Shown here: in pieces, positions 39,233 through 49,825 of the stretch
How the letters are laid out: every line of letters starts with the position of its first letter
Numbering within the stretch: position 1 is the stretch's first letter
Assembly (NCBI GenBank): GCA_963783575.1
Contig: CAWAOD010000009.1
Coordinates: forward strand, 224,001-288,000
Length of the DNA: 64,000 nucleotides
Direction of reading: 5' to 3'
From: an uncultured Spirochaetota bacterium
Lineage (GTDB): Bacteria; Spirochaetota; Brevinematia; Brevinematales; JAOACQ01
The notes under the pieces: generated by a model
Databases searched by the model: none
The model's input: only the letters and a program-made list of their open reading frames with translations
Told to the model about the DNA's origin: nothing
Program-made: the position numbers and the translations under genes

Positions 39233-39961
39233 GTGCAGGAAAATAAATCCGAACTATGGAAGCTGCCGGAAATTGTAAAAAATTTCCTTTCGGGTACGAG
39301 GCTGGCTTTTCCCGGCGCGATACAGCAGATAGAAATTATGCTTAAGATGATTGACGCCGGCCCCTGGAAAATCGAAAAATTTTTGGATTTTGGCTGTGGT
39401 GATGGGCTTTTAGGAGCGAGTATTCTTGATAAATATCCCGGATCAAAAGGCGTATTCCTGGATTTTTCAAGGGACATGCTCACTGCGGCGGAGGAAAAAC
39501 TTAAAGACTTCAAGCCCAGGGTTGAAATTGTATATTTCGATTACAGTAACCATGCTTGGACAACAAAAGTCGTTCATATGGCGCCTTTCGATGCGGTTGT
39601 GTCCGGTTATTCCATACACCATCAGCCCGATGACAGAAAAAAGGAGATCTATCTTGAAATATTCCGGCTTCTTAAACCCGGGGGAATTTTTATAAATATT
39701 GAGCATGTTCTATCTGCGAGCGATTGGATCGGCCATATTCATAATGAGAATTTTATTGATTCACTTTTCGAATTCAGAAAGGAAAAAGATTCAAGAGATA
39801 CGGTTTCAAAAGAATTTTACGGCCGGGCAGACAAGCAGTCCAATATTCTAAGTCCTGTTGAGGATCAATGCAGGTGGTTAAGAAAAATAGGCTATCAGGA
39901 TGTTGATTGTTACTTTAAAATATTCGAGCTCTGTGTTTTCGGCGGGAGAAAGCCTTTGTGA
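39233..39961 (+). CDS. Class I SAM-dependent methyltransferase
   Basis: LDFGCGDG, LDFS..ML, FDAVVS..SIHH, LKPGG. Confidence 0.9.
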   Translation: MQENKSELWKLPEIVKNFLSGTRLAFPGAIQQIEIMLKMIDAGPWKIEKFLDFGCGDGLLGASILDKYPGSKGVFLDFSRDMLTAAEEKLKDFKPRVEIVYFDYSNHAWTTKVVHMAPFDAVVSGYSIHHQPDDRKKEIYLEIFRLLKPGGIFINIEHVLSASDWIGHIHNENFIDSLFEFRKEKDSRDTVSKEFYGRADKQSNILSPVEDQCRWLRKIGYQDVDCYFKIFELCVFGGRKPL

Positions 39962-39985
39962 TTATCCGGTTTCAGGAGAAAAATT

Positions 39986-40588
39986 ATGGAAATCAGCGTA
40001 TTGTTATTTGAAAGTTTTGAAACTCTGGACGCATTCGGCCCGGTGGAAATTTTCGGAAGGCTGACTGATAGTTTTACGGTAGGGTTATACTCTGAAAAAG
40101 GAGGAATTATCACGAGTTCACAGAATATCCCCGTACTTACAAAGCCTATAGCCGAGATGCCCGATGAAGATTTCTTGATTTTAATTCCCGGGGGTATAGG
40201 AACCCGCACATTATTAAATAATATTCCCATAATCGACTTTATAAAAAACAAAGCGGCAAAAGCCGGTTATATACTGTCAGTCTGCACCGGATCGGTACTT
40301 TTGGCGCAATCCGGAGTCCTTTCCGGAAGAAGCGCGACTACAAATAAAAGAGTATATAACTGGGTTACTCAATACGGCAAAGATATAAAATGGGTAAAAA
40401 AAGCAAGATGGGTTAAGGATGGCAATATATACACATCTTCGGGTGTAAGCGCGGGGATTGATATGACATTGGGCTTTATAAGCGATATTCTTGGAGAAAA
40501 AACAGCCGAACAACAGAGCATTGAGATTGAATATATCCGGAACAGAAATCCGGAAGAAGACCCTTTCAGCGCAATTTATGATTTGTAA
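39986..40588 (+). CDS. DJ-1/PfpI family protein
   Basis: LDAFGPVE, IPGG.GTR, SVCTGS, ATT, SSGVSAGIDM. Confidence 0.92.
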   Translation: MEISVLLFESFETLDAFGPVEIFGRLTDSFTVGLYSEKGGIITSSQNIPVLTKPIAEMPDEDFLILIPGGIGTRTLLNNIPIIDFIKNKAAKAGYILSVCTGSVLLAQSGVLSGRSATTNKRVYNWVTQYGKDIKWVKKARWVKDGNIYTSSGVSAGIDMTLGFISDILGEKTAEQQSIEIEYIRNRNPEEDPFSAIYDL

Positions 40589-40590
40589 TT

Positions 40591-40619
40591 TTGACTAAAA
40601 ATACAATTTTGCTTAAAAT
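40591..40619 (+). promoter_or_regulatory. Putative sigma70 promoter for the MCP
   Basis: TTGACT-17 nt-TAAAAT. Confidence 0.55.
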
Positions 40620-40649
40620 TTTATAAATCTGGAGATTTATTAAAGATTA

Positions 40650-42566
40650 TTGAAATTCGCGAAGAATCCGGATAAGGAGAGATATTTGAATAAAGTTCAG
40701 TCGGGAATCCTGCAAAAAGTTGTGGCGATCAATATAATCGTCCCATTCATTATGTTTATGTACAACCAGATCATATTAAACATCTATAATCCATATACTG
40801 CAATTCCTGTTACCAGCCGTTATTCAGACACGGTTTTCAGCAATATCTTTATGTTTGTTTACCTTGGACTTGGAATTCCCGCGGCAGTCCTGATCGGTTT
40901 TTTCCTTAGGCCGGTAGTAAAAGCCCTGAAAGACAGTTCCCATATCCCTGAAGCCAAGAAACGGATTATTCGTCTCCCATGGGTTGTAATTGTAATTTAT
41001 ATTCTGGGATTTTTATCCGGACCGATTATCGCATATATAATTCCAAGCAATGTCAAATTGAACGAATTTATTTTTGTTTTTCCGGTTTCTTTTTTCGGCG
41101 GCTTCTATGCCGTATCTTTTTCATTAATTCTAACCGACAGGATTCTTTTCCGGATAAAAAAACTATGGGGTATGCATATTTTATCGGAAGAACAGAAAGA
41201 AATTCCTCTAAGAGTTAAATTTCTTCTTGCCGTAATTTCCTGCAGCGGACTCATTTATGCCGTAACTCAAAATATCGGCTATTTTTATTATAAAAGGGGA
41301 ATCAACGCCGATACAGGGCCAATTTTCACGAATATGGCCGTTCACGCAGGCATACTTATTTTATTTGGAATTTTACAGGTTTTTCTTATAACCGGTAATC
41401 TAACGTCAATGATCCGGTATATGCGTGAATCGCTTGAAAGTATAATCCAAGGAAAGGGCAATCTTACAAAAAGGATAAATATTATCAGTTATGATGAGAT
41501 CGGCCTTTTGACCTCTGATTTCAACCGGATGCTGGAATTTCTTAACAATATGATAAGCAGGATCAAGAATATATCGGTTAATATGAATGAATCCCAGAAT
41601 ATTTTGATGCAGTCGGTTGAGAATAATAAAATGCTTTTCGACGGATTCATCGATTCTATCAACAAAATAATGGATGAGATAAAGGCTGAATTTTCGCAAA
41701 CAGTCAAACTTGATGATTCTGTCCGTAAAACCCTGGAAAGCTCAAATCTGATAAGGAATTCAGTCGACAAACAGATGAGCGCCGTTGAGTTTTCGGCATC
41801 ATCCACTCAACAGATCGTAAAAAGTACCGAAAGTGTGAACTCAATTACTCAAAGCCTCAAAAAAAGCGTTAAAGGACTCCTTGAGAATATCGACCAGGGA
41901 AAATCAAGCGTTCAAAAATCGATAGAATCCATTCAATTGATTCAGAATTCATCTTCATCTCTTCTGGAACTTAATAAAACTATTTCCGATGTCTCGGAGA
42001 GAATTAAAATACTTTCAATTAACGCGTCCATTGAAGCTGCAAGCGCCGGAAAGTCTGGCCAGGGTTTTGCTGTTGTAGCGAAGGAAGTAAAAAAGCTCTC
42101 CGAATCAAGTACCCAGAGTGTAAAGAACATTGACCTGAATATCAGGGAAACTATGAACAGGATCAAGGAAGGGACCGGTCTCATCGTTGATACTGCAAAG
42201 ATCCTCGAATCCGTTTTTTCAAAGATTGAGATATTTATCGGGTCGCTGGAAAATATTTCGTCGGCTATGGAAGAACAGGACACGGGTACAAAAACGATTA
42301 TCAGGGCAGCCGGGGATGTAAAACAGCAGAGCATGTCCCTCCTTGAACTTGCCGAGCAGGGTGAGGCTTCAAGCAATCAGATGAAAAGTATAGCAGTAGA
42401 GCTAGTCAGCACGTCCAACCGGATTACAAGCCTCACAGAAGCCCAGCGCAGTAAAAACGAAAGCCTTATCGAAATGAACCTTAACCTGACAAAGATTTCG
42501 TCAACTCTTCAATCAAGCTTTGAGGAAATGAGAAAGATTTTAAGCGAATTTATCATCAATGAGTGA
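40650..42566 (+). CDS. Methyl-accepting chemotaxis protein with multi-TM sensor and HAMP
   Basis: About 6 TMs, GNLTKRI...DEIG.L..FN HAMP, LSINASIEAA.AG.SGQGFAVVAKEVKKL signalling hairpin. Confidence 0.93.
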   Translation: MKFAKNPDKERYLNKVQSGILQKVVAINIIVPFIMFMYNQIILNIYNPYTAIPVTSRYSDTVFSNIFMFVYLGLGIPAAVLIGFFLRPVVKALKDSSHIPEAKKRIIRLPWVVIVIYILGFLSGPIIAYIIPSNVKLNEFIFVFPVSFFGGFYAVSFSLILTDRILFRIKKLWGMHILSEEQKEIPLRVKFLLAVISCSGLIYAVTQNIGYFYYKRGINADTGPIFTNMAVHAGILILFGILQVFLITGNLTSMIRYMRESLESIIQGKGNLTKRINIISYDEIGLLTSDFNRMLEFLNNMISRIKNISVNMNESQNILMQSVENNKMLFDGFIDSINKIMDEIKAEFSQTVKLDDSVRKTLESSNLIRNSVDKQMSAVEFSASSTQQIVKSTESVNSITQSLKKSVKGLLENIDQGKSSVQKSIESIQLIQNSSSSLLELNKTISDVSERIKILSINASIEAASAGKSGQGFAVVAKEVKKLSESSTQSVKNIDLNIRETMNRIKEGTGLIVDTAKILESVFSKIEIFIGSLENISSAMEEQDTGTKTIIRAAGDVKQQSMSLLELAEQGEASSNQMKSIAVELVSTSNRITSLTEAQRSKNESLIEMNLNLTKISSTLQSSFEEMRKILSEFIINE

Positions 42567-42568
42567 GC

Positions 42569-42603
42569 AAAAAAATTGCCGGCCTTGCTAAAGGCCGGCA
42601 ATT
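42569..42603. terminator. Intrinsic terminator between the convergent MCP and lipoprotein genes
   Basis: Perfect 13-bp stem aattgccggcctt-gcta-aaggccggcaatt with A7 on the left (U-tract on the minus strand). Confidence 0.85.
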
Positions 42604-42622
42604 ATAATTTAGTTATCGCTTA

Positions 42623-44494
42623 TTAGTTTGTAATTACCGGGAAAAGGTTTGCGGCAGGCATTGCCGGCATCCTGTTGCTGACGAAGGCGGCCGCGTCGAA
42701 ATTCTTGTTGGCTTCATAAATATTGCTGATTATTGTATTAACGCTGGAAACAAGGCTTGAAGCCATAAAATCAAAATACATCGGCGTTGGGTCCGAACCG
42801 TAAACAAACAAGCCTTTCTCTTTATCCATATTGGTCCCGTTCCAGATATAAACATCCTGTGATTGAATATTCTGCAAACGGATATCGTTGATTGGATCGA
42901 CATCGGTATCCGGGACCTTGGCCAGCCACCAGGCATAATCAGTCCAGCTCCAGTTATCGATATTGGTCGACACACTGCTATCGAGGTTTGTCCAGATATT
43001 AGTATAGTTATAGGTTTGGGTGTCATACTCCTTACGCATTATACTATAGTTAGAGTATGCGGACTGCAGGGCAAGGTATTTCATTGGCCAGGTGTTCTGG
43101 ACATAATAGGGTTTATCGAAGAAGTTTTGAGAACTTGGAACGGTATAACCTTTTTTCAATATTTCGATACTAACACCGCCATTATAAGTGCCGGAATCAT
43201 ACCAGTAAATCGAATCCCCGCTGCCCCATGAGGAAGGAGAAGATTTATAATAGAAACTGTAGATAGTATTTGGTATTACAGCAGTAGCATGGCTCAAAAC
43301 ATTAGAAATTGTAGTTGTAACAACCGGATAGTTTGAATAATCATAGATAACGGCAAAAGAGTCCGGGGCAGGAGTTCCGAATATTCCCAAATCGTTCAAA
43401 TTGGTCCCATTATTCGCATAACTATCCATCCAGCTTGTATCCTGAAGGGTGTTTTGCCCCGAGTTGTTGAACACAAGGCTCCCGTCCTGGTTATAATATT
43501 CGGTCCAGATAGAAGAAATGGTATTTCCGTAACCGCCGCCGGAAAAAATAGAATCATCGGCGCTGACCAGACCGCCCTGAAGATCATTACCCCAGGCGAT
43601 GGAAAAATTGGTGGAAATAACTGAGAAATTAGTTCCCATCACACTATAGCCAGACACATTTTTATCGTAGGTCAGAAGTACCATACCGCCGTTATTATCG
43701 GGATAAATATGATTGATCGTCGCAGTATTCATTGGAGAACCCATGACTGTCTCATTCATTATAGAACAATTCAATGTTTCATTTGAAACCTCATTATAAA
43801 AAGAGTAATATATTCCTGAAATCGGAATTATTCCAGACGTCGGATCAGTAACAGTCGTTGATATGGTAGTTAAAAAGTCAATCACCACTTTACCGTTATT
43901 GTCTTTTACTACTTTTATATAACATGGCAATATGCTCATTTCAGCAGACCCTGGATCCATTTGCATCTTAATAGTCCAATAAATAATGAGTGTGTTGCTA
44001 ACAGGCTGGGTGCACCTGACAACACCCATATCAACCATTGATCCCTCAATTGTACTAGTTCCCAATCGAATATCCGTGTCCAATGGAACGGTATGGTTAG
44101 ACGCATAACTTTTTAAATAACTCATAAAATCCATTACAGGCGTGCTTTTTATCTGCGAGCGCATATCAATCCAGCCCTGGGCCTTTACATCAGGCAGGTC
44201 GGAAGCAACAAAATTAGTAACATCCCCATAAGCCCTGGTAAGTCTCCTCCTGGTAGGCATGGATTTCAGCTTTAAGTCTGACCCGGCCGAGAGGCTGTTA
44301 GGAACTGCTTTTAGCTTTAAATCCGGCAGAGAGGTAATTGTGGTAGAAGCGTCGTTCGTATTGTTATTGTTGTTTACCGTATTTCCAGCGCTGCTTGAAC
44401 TGCTTGATTTGGGTGCAGTACTGCAGGACACAATGACGGTAAAAAATACAGCAACCAAAACCGGCATAAAAAACGTAATTTTTCTTAAACTCAT
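42623..44494 (-). CDS. Large hypothetical lipoprotein, Ser/Thr/Asn-rich
   Basis: Lipobox-like VIVSC followed by Ser and Asn runs; GGGGG RBS. Confidence 0.8.
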   Translation of the reverse strand: MSLRKITFFMPVLVAVFFTVIVSCSTAPKSSSSSSAGNTVNNNNNTNDASTTITSLPDLKLKAVPNSLSAGSDLKLKSMPTRRRLTRAYGDVTNFVASDLPDVKAQGWIDMRSQIKSTPVMDFMSYLKSYASNHTVPLDTDIRLGTSTIEGSMVDMGVVRCTQPVSNTLIIYWTIKMQMDPGSAEMSILPCYIKVVKDNNGKVVIDFLTTISTTVTDPTSGIIPISGIYYSFYNEVSNETLNCSIMNETVMGSPMNTATINHIYPDNNGGMVLLTYDKNVSGYSVMGTNFSVISTNFSIAWGNDLQGGLVSADDSIFSGGGYGNTISSIWTEYYNQDGSLVFNNSGQNTLQDTSWMDSYANNGTNLNDLGIFGTPAPDSFAVIYDYSNYPVVTTTISNVLSHATAVIPNTIYSFYYKSSPSSWGSGDSIYWYDSGTYNGGVSIEILKKGYTVPSSQNFFDKPYYVQNTWPMKYLALQSAYSNYSIMRKEYDTQTYNYTNIWTNLDSSVSTNIDNWSWTDYAWWLAKVPDTDVDPINDIRLQNIQSQDVYIWNGTNMDKEKGLFVYGSDPTPMYFDFMASSLVSSVNTIISNIYEANKNFDAAAFVSNRMPAMPAANLFPVITN

Positions 44495-44523
44495 AACTTC
44501 CCCCTTATAGAATAATTTATCAT

Positions 44524-44552
44524 ATTTTATACCAAATTTCCAAATGAGTCAA
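44524..44552 (-). promoter_or_regulatory. Putative sigma70 promoter for the lipoprotein
   Basis: TTGACT-17 nt-TAAAAT on the minus strand. Confidence 0.6.
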
Positions 44553-44612
44553 ATGTAAAATTGTTTAATAAAAAACACGCCATATCAAGCTTTGAGGAAA
44601 TTATAATAAATT

Positions 44613-46112
44613 TTAAGCAAATTTATCGTCAATTAGTAAATAAGGCTGAGGCTCGCCGAAATAAAATCCCTGCGAGTAGTCAATCCCAAGATCCCTGGTT
44701 TTTTCAAAAATCTCACGGGAACATACATATTCGGCGATTGTTTTTATGTTCAGTTTCTTTGCAAAATTGACTATCGTTTCGGTAATATTCTGGGAATGGG
44801 AGTCTTTTTCAATATGCTGGATCAGTGATGAATCGATCTTTATGTAGTCCACATCCAGCTTCATCATATGGATAAAATTGGAATAACCCGAACCGAAATC
44901 ATCAATGGCGAATTTGCTTCCGAATGATCTTATATAATCGATAAAATCTTTAACCTCATCATAATTATGTATATCTTCCGTTTCTACTATTTCAAAGGTT
45001 AAGCGTTTAGCCAGGTTAGAATTTTCCTTAACCGTCCTTTTTATATGCGACCGCATTTCCTCATCCATTATGTCATTTACCGTTAAATTGATTGAAAAAT
45101 CCCTTGAATTATTCTTAAATACATCAAAAGAACTGGCTATCATAGTCCTCGTAATATCCGAGTAAAGCCGTGATTTTTTTGCTATTCCCAGGAAATAATG
45201 AGGGATCACAATATTCCCCTCTTTATCGATGAGCCTGGCCAGGCTTTCATGCTTTTCCACCCTGCGGGTAATATTATTAACTATAGGCTGAAAAAAAGGC
45301 ACTATTCTCTTATCCCGGATGGCTTCTTTCAATTTCTGGCGCCATATTATACTGTTCGCATACTCTTTAGTAATTTCCATCCGTTCATCATAAATAATAT
45401 AGCTTTTTTGTATTTTTTTCGCTCTTTTAAGAGCCATATCGGCATTTGCCGCAATATCCTGCCATATCCTTATAATTTTACTCGAATAGACTTCCTTCCC
45501 TAAAGCAATACCCATGGAAATACGGATATAGATCTCATGCCCGGAAATAAGAAAAAAATTATCGTTTACTTCCCTGCATAAGGCATCGGAAAGTTTTTCT
45601 ATTTCTCCAGGGATTATTTTCCTATCCATCAAAATTGCGAACTCATCTGCCTGGGTCCTGTATAATTTTGAATCCTTAAAAGTCGAATTGTTTAAAAGTC
45701 TCTCACCGAGCATAATAAGCAGCAAGTCGCCTGTTTCATTGCCGTAAACATTATTGATCTCTTTAAATGAATCTATGTTTATAAGTGCCAGTACGGGATT
45801 TTTTGCCGTTTGTGTGTCAATAATAAGCTTCTGCCTGTTCGGAAGGCCTGTTACCGGATCTATGTATAGAAGTTTGATGAATTCATTTTTACTTTTATTA
45901 AAAACATAGATATAATAAATAATAAATGGAAATGCAAGTAAAGCAAAAAGAGCTAAATTTGAAAAGTGATTTCCGGAATACGGATTTTCATTTTTTATAA
46001 AAAATATATTAATAATAAAAAAAGTAAGGGCAAATAAGCTGTATAAAATCAGGAAGAAACCTGCCCTTTTAACAAGTTTATTTATCGATTCAAGTCTTCT
46101 GCCGATTTCCAT
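44613..46112 (-). CDS. 2-TM degenerate GGDEF-EAL protein (probable c-di-GMP phosphodiesterase)
   Basis: D.VTGLPNR, QADEF (degenerate), ESLAR, EIVE, DDFGSGYS, IKID, AEYV, QGFYF; start moved to ATG 46112. Confidence 0.88.
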   Translation of the reverse strand: MEIGRRLESINKLVKRAGFFLILYSLFALTFFIINIFFIKNENPYSGNHFSNLALFALLAFPFIIYYIYVFNKSKNEFIKLLYIDPVTGLPNRQKLIIDTQTAKNPVLALINIDSFKEINNVYGNETGDLLLIMLGERLLNNSTFKDSKLYRTQADEFAILMDRKIIPGEIEKLSDALCREVNDNFFLISGHEIYIRISMGIALGKEVYSSKIIRIWQDIAANADMALKRAKKIQKSYIIYDERMEITKEYANSIIWRQKLKEAIRDKRIVPFFQPIVNNITRRVEKHESLARLIDKEGNIVIPHYFLGIAKKSRLYSDITRTMIASSFDVFKNNSRDFSINLTVNDIMDEEMRSHIKRTVKENSNLAKRLTFEIVETEDIHNYDEVKDFIDYIRSFGSKFAIDDFGSGYSNFIHMMKLDVDYIKIDSSLIQHIEKDSHSQNITETIVNFAKKLNIKTIAEYVCSREIFEKTRDLGIDYSQGFYFGEPQPYLLIDDKFA

Positions 46113-46140
46113 AAATGACTCACCCGCAATTATTTTTTGC

Positions 46141-48171
46141 TCATTTGATAATAAACTCTCTCGGCTCACCGAAATAATAACCCTGTGAAAAGTCAATTCC
46201 GAGCTCCCGCCCCTTTTCATATACCGATCTTGAATGTACAAACTCTGAAATTGTTTTCAATCCCAGTTCCTTTGAAAAATTTGCGATCGTCTTTGCGATT
46301 ACCTGGGCATTAGGGTCAATGTCTATATTCTTGATCAGGGAGGCGTCAATTTTAATATAATCAACACTCAGCCTGAGAATATGCTCAAAATTCGAATAGC
46401 CGGAACCGAAATCATCGATGGCTATTTTACATCCCAATTCTTTTATCTCTTCTATAAAAAGCATAACCTCTTTGTAATTCTCTATGCCTTCGGATTCCAG
46501 AATTTCAAACACAAGCTGCCCGGCAATATTTATATTTTTCTTGATCATACTTTTTATATAAATATTCATTTCTTCATCCAGAATATCGTGAATGGTAAGA
46601 TTCATTGAAAATTCATATTCGGAATTCCTGATTACCGATATAGTTCTATCAAGCATTACTTTGGTAATTTCCCCATAAAGGTGTGATTTCTTTGCAATTT
46701 CAAGGAAATAATGCGGAGTCACAATATTCCCTTTGCTATCTATAAGCCTTACAAGACTTTCATATTTTTCAGGCTTTCTGCTTATATTGTTTACAATCGG
46801 CTGGAAGAACGGTATGATCCTATTATTTTTTATTGCTTCCTTGAGTTTATTTTTCCATAAAATATTGCTTTCATACTCTTTGGAAATCTCCATCGATTCT
46901 TTGTAAATGATAAAATTCTTCTGAAGTTTTTTTGCCTTCTTTAACGCCATATCGGCGCTTGTTGCGATATTGCTCCATTTCTTTTCTTCTATTTTATCCC
47001 GGCCGATTTCATAGCTTCTCGCGGCTCCAAAAGTTACCCTCACATTAATCTCATTATTATTAAGAATGAACGGCTGATCGTTTACCTTTTCGCTGATATT
47101 CATAACAATATTTTCCAATTCTTCTATATCCATTTCCCTGTCAAACAAAATTGCAAATTCATCCGCAGGCATCCTGTAGAGCTTATATTTGTAATCATCC
47201 TGAAGCAATCGAAGCCTGTAAGCCGCTTCCTTCAATACCAGATCTCCGATATTGTTTCCGTAAAAATCATTTATCTCTTTGAAAAAATCGATATTTATCA
47301 AAACCAGTGTCGGACAGTCTGTATTTTCAATGTCAATTAAAATTTTAAGCCGGTTAGGCAAATCCGTAAGGGAATCTGTTAACAATTGCCTGGAAATCTC
47401 ATTATTATAATTCTGGAGGGAATCCGCCATCTGATTGATATTCTCGCTTAAAATGCCGATTTCATTCTTTGATGACATATCAGAACGTATTGAAAAATTT
47501 TTATCGGTAAATGAAATAATAACTTTATTAAGACCGGCAACCGGATTGACAACTGTCTTTTTAAGTATGTAATATATAACCAGCAAAATAAAAAATGATA
47601 AAAGCAGGCTCTGGGTAATAACACTTATAATCAGGCTAATAATATCACGGTTAAAATAATAACCGTTGCCGTATATTTCTATCCGGCCGATAATACCTGC
47701 ATTACCAATACTTGAACTTCCTAAAATATCTTTTTTAATATTAAACAATGAATTTTTCAGTTTTTCCCTGACGGCTTCAGACCATTTAAATTCGGCAATT
47801 CGCAGGTCATTTATCCTGATATATCCCGTATCGGATGGTTCTTCAATACCGGCTGAAGATAAAGCAGGAATATGAATTAATATGGCCAGTACATCCTTAT
47901 TATTCATCTCAAGAAAAATCCTGCTTTTAAGAATTGAAAAATTATGAGATTCAATGGAAGCGGAATAATCAAAGGCAATCCGGGCGGCTATCTGATTTGA
48001 ATTATCGATTATTTCCTTAATCCTTCTATCTCTCTCGGACAGAATATTTATAATTCCATAAACAGCCATTATTATCAGAAAACAAAATAATAGAATGGAA
48101 TTTACCTTAAATGACAGTGACCGTTTCCAACCTGTGACTTTTTTATCAATTTTATCAAGAGTTTTGGGCAT
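46141..48171 (-). CDS. Periplasmic sensor-HAMP-degenerate GGDEF-EAL protein
   Basis: Two TMs, EIG.L..N.NQM HAMP, PADEF, ESLVR, DDFGSGYS, SEFV, QGYYF. Confidence 0.9.
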   Translation of the reverse strand: MPKTLDKIDKKVTGWKRSLSFKVNSILLFCFLIIMAVYGIINILSERDRRIKEIIDNSNQIAARIAFDYSASIESHNFSILKSRIFLEMNNKDVLAILIHIPALSSAGIEEPSDTGYIRINDLRIAEFKWSEAVREKLKNSLFNIKKDILGSSSIGNAGIIGRIEIYGNGYYFNRDIISLIISVITQSLLLSFFILLVIYYILKKTVVNPVAGLNKVIISFTDKNFSIRSDMSSKNEIGILSENINQMADSLQNYNNEISRQLLTDSLTDLPNRLKILIDIENTDCPTLVLINIDFFKEINDFYGNNIGDLVLKEAAYRLRLLQDDYKYKLYRMPADEFAILFDREMDIEELENIVMNISEKVNDQPFILNNNEINVRVTFGAARSYEIGRDKIEEKKWSNIATSADMALKKAKKLQKNFIIYKESMEISKEYESNILWKNKLKEAIKNNRIIPFFQPIVNNISRKPEKYESLVRLIDSKGNIVTPHYFLEIAKKSHLYGEITKVMLDRTISVIRNSEYEFSMNLTIHDILDEEMNIYIKSMIKKNINIAGQLVFEILESEGIENYKEVMLFIEEIKELGCKIAIDDFGSGYSNFEHILRLSVDYIKIDASLIKNIDIDPNAQVIAKTIANFSKELGLKTISEFVHSRSVYEKGRELGIDFSQGYYFGEPREFIIK

Positions 48172-48459
48172 AATACTTCCTATGCTGCATTTTCCCCCTG
48201 ATAATAATTCACTTTAATTACCCCCCCCGGAATACTGTTCAATATACTTTTATCATAATACAAAAATATTAATCAAAACATCGGCAGAATTATGACATTT
48301 TCTTAAATACTTTATTTTCATAACATAATAATATTTTAATCTTAAATTTAAATAAAATCAAAGATATTGATATTTAGGCCGGCTTCAGTTTATATAATTG
48401 CTTAAAAGCATAATATTTTTTACAATATAACCGGTAAATATTAATACATAGGATAGTTT

Positions 48460-49254
48460 ATGTATAAAATAGGCCTAAAGCTCTGGTCAATCAATAAAAA
48501 TTACGGCAGGAGCATATTAAAGCTATTTATAGAGAATATCTGCCAGTATATTGAACTTTATATAATTCCCGGTTCTTATGAAGAGTTCATCAGTTTCTGG
48601 AAGGATATCAAAATTAAGAATAACCTTGATATTCCTTTCATAATTCATGCACCTCATTTCAGTCACGGAATGAACCTTGCCAGAGCCGAAAAATGGGAAA
48701 TAAATTCCAGGCTGGCGGCCGAAGCCTTCTTGTACGCCGATGATTTGATGAGCGGATCTGTTATTTTCCATCCCGGTGTTGAAGGAAATATTGAAGAAAC
48801 CGCCGGACAACTGAAAAGACTGGCGGATAATAGGATAGTCATTGAAAACAAACCTTATTACAGCAATGATGGAAGGTTTGTCTGCAACGGCCATTCTCCT
48901 GAGGATATAAGATTTCTAATGAATAAAACCGGATTAAATTTCTGCCTTGATATCGGTCATTGTGTTTGTGCCGCGAATGCAAGAAAAGTTGATATATTCA
49001 ATCTTATCGGGGAATTTCTAGATTTAAAGCCGGCGATGTATCATCTTACCGACGGCGATATAAACGGAATATATGACAGGCATGACAGGTATGGTAAAGG
49101 AAATTTCCCTATAAAGGATATGCTCGGTATGATACCGCCGGGAAGCCTTATCACAAATGAATCGGTTAAGACTTCTCAGAATGATCTTGACGATGTAAAG
49201 GAAGACGTATTATTTTTGAAAAAAATAATAAATTTGTTAATACCGGCCGTATGA
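48460..49254 (+). CDS. TIM-barrel xylose isomerase-like / AP endonuclease 2 family protein
   Basis: IHAPH, FHPG, IENKP, CLDIGH, YHLTDG, DRH metal-binding pattern. Confidence 0.78.
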   Translation: MYKIGLKLWSINKNYGRSILKLFIENICQYIELYIIPGSYEEFISFWKDIKIKNNLDIPFIIHAPHFSHGMNLARAEKWEINSRLAAEAFLYADDLMSGSVIFHPGVEGNIEETAGQLKRLADNRIVIENKPYYSNDGRFVCNGHSPEDIRFLMNKTGLNFCLDIGHCVCAANARKVDIFNLIGEFLDLKPAMYHLTDGDINGIYDRHDRYGKGNFPIKDMLGMIPPGSLITNESVKTSQNDLDDVKEDVLFLKKIINLLIPAV

Positions 49255-49304
49255 TATATAATATTTAACTTTATAAATAAATAATTTCTGAGAACAATAC
49301 GCTT

Positions 49305-49805
49305 GTGAAAGAGGATCCATTGAAGAGATTAATCGGTTCAATATTGATTTTTTCGATATCATACAGCCTGGGTTTCACCTCACTGACTATAGATACAAAT
49401 ACACTTATATTGACAAATAACTCGGTAACAAATGTTGAATTAAATAAAGTCATAGAACCGGAACTGCCAAACCTCTTTCTAAGAACCGGCAAGATCGAAT
49501 ACGAACCTCCTGAAACTCCCGCCAGAAGATTTGATGTTGTATACTTTGTCGCTATTCCCATTACATATTATCTGTTATTCAGCCTTTTGATAATAAAAAA
49601 CCAATGGGCTAACAGCGGAAGACAGCTCGACAATACTGATTATAATTATATATACACCAGCACATTTGTAGTTCCAATGGCTATCGCTTATTATGATTAT
49701 CTTTATGTCGAACAGCAGAAAAAAATGAAGGAACAGCTCGCATATCAAAAAAACGAACAGATAATTCCAGATATCCAGATCAATCTATTCGCATTAAAAT
49801 TTTAG
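49305..49805 (+). CDS. Hypothetical exported/membrane protein
   Basis: Leader plus two TMs after ETPARRFD; start may be TTG 49320. Confidence 0.7.
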   Translation: MKEDPLKRLIGSILIFSISYSLGFTSLTIDTNTLILTNNSVTNVELNKVIEPELPNLFLRTGKIEYEPPETPARRFDVVYFVAIPITYYLLFSLLIIKNQWANSGRQLDNTDYNYIYTSTFVVPMAIAYYDYLYVEQQKKMKEQLAYQKNEQIIPDIQINLFALKF

Positions 49806-49825
49806 CTTTGAATTGGAGTTCTTTA

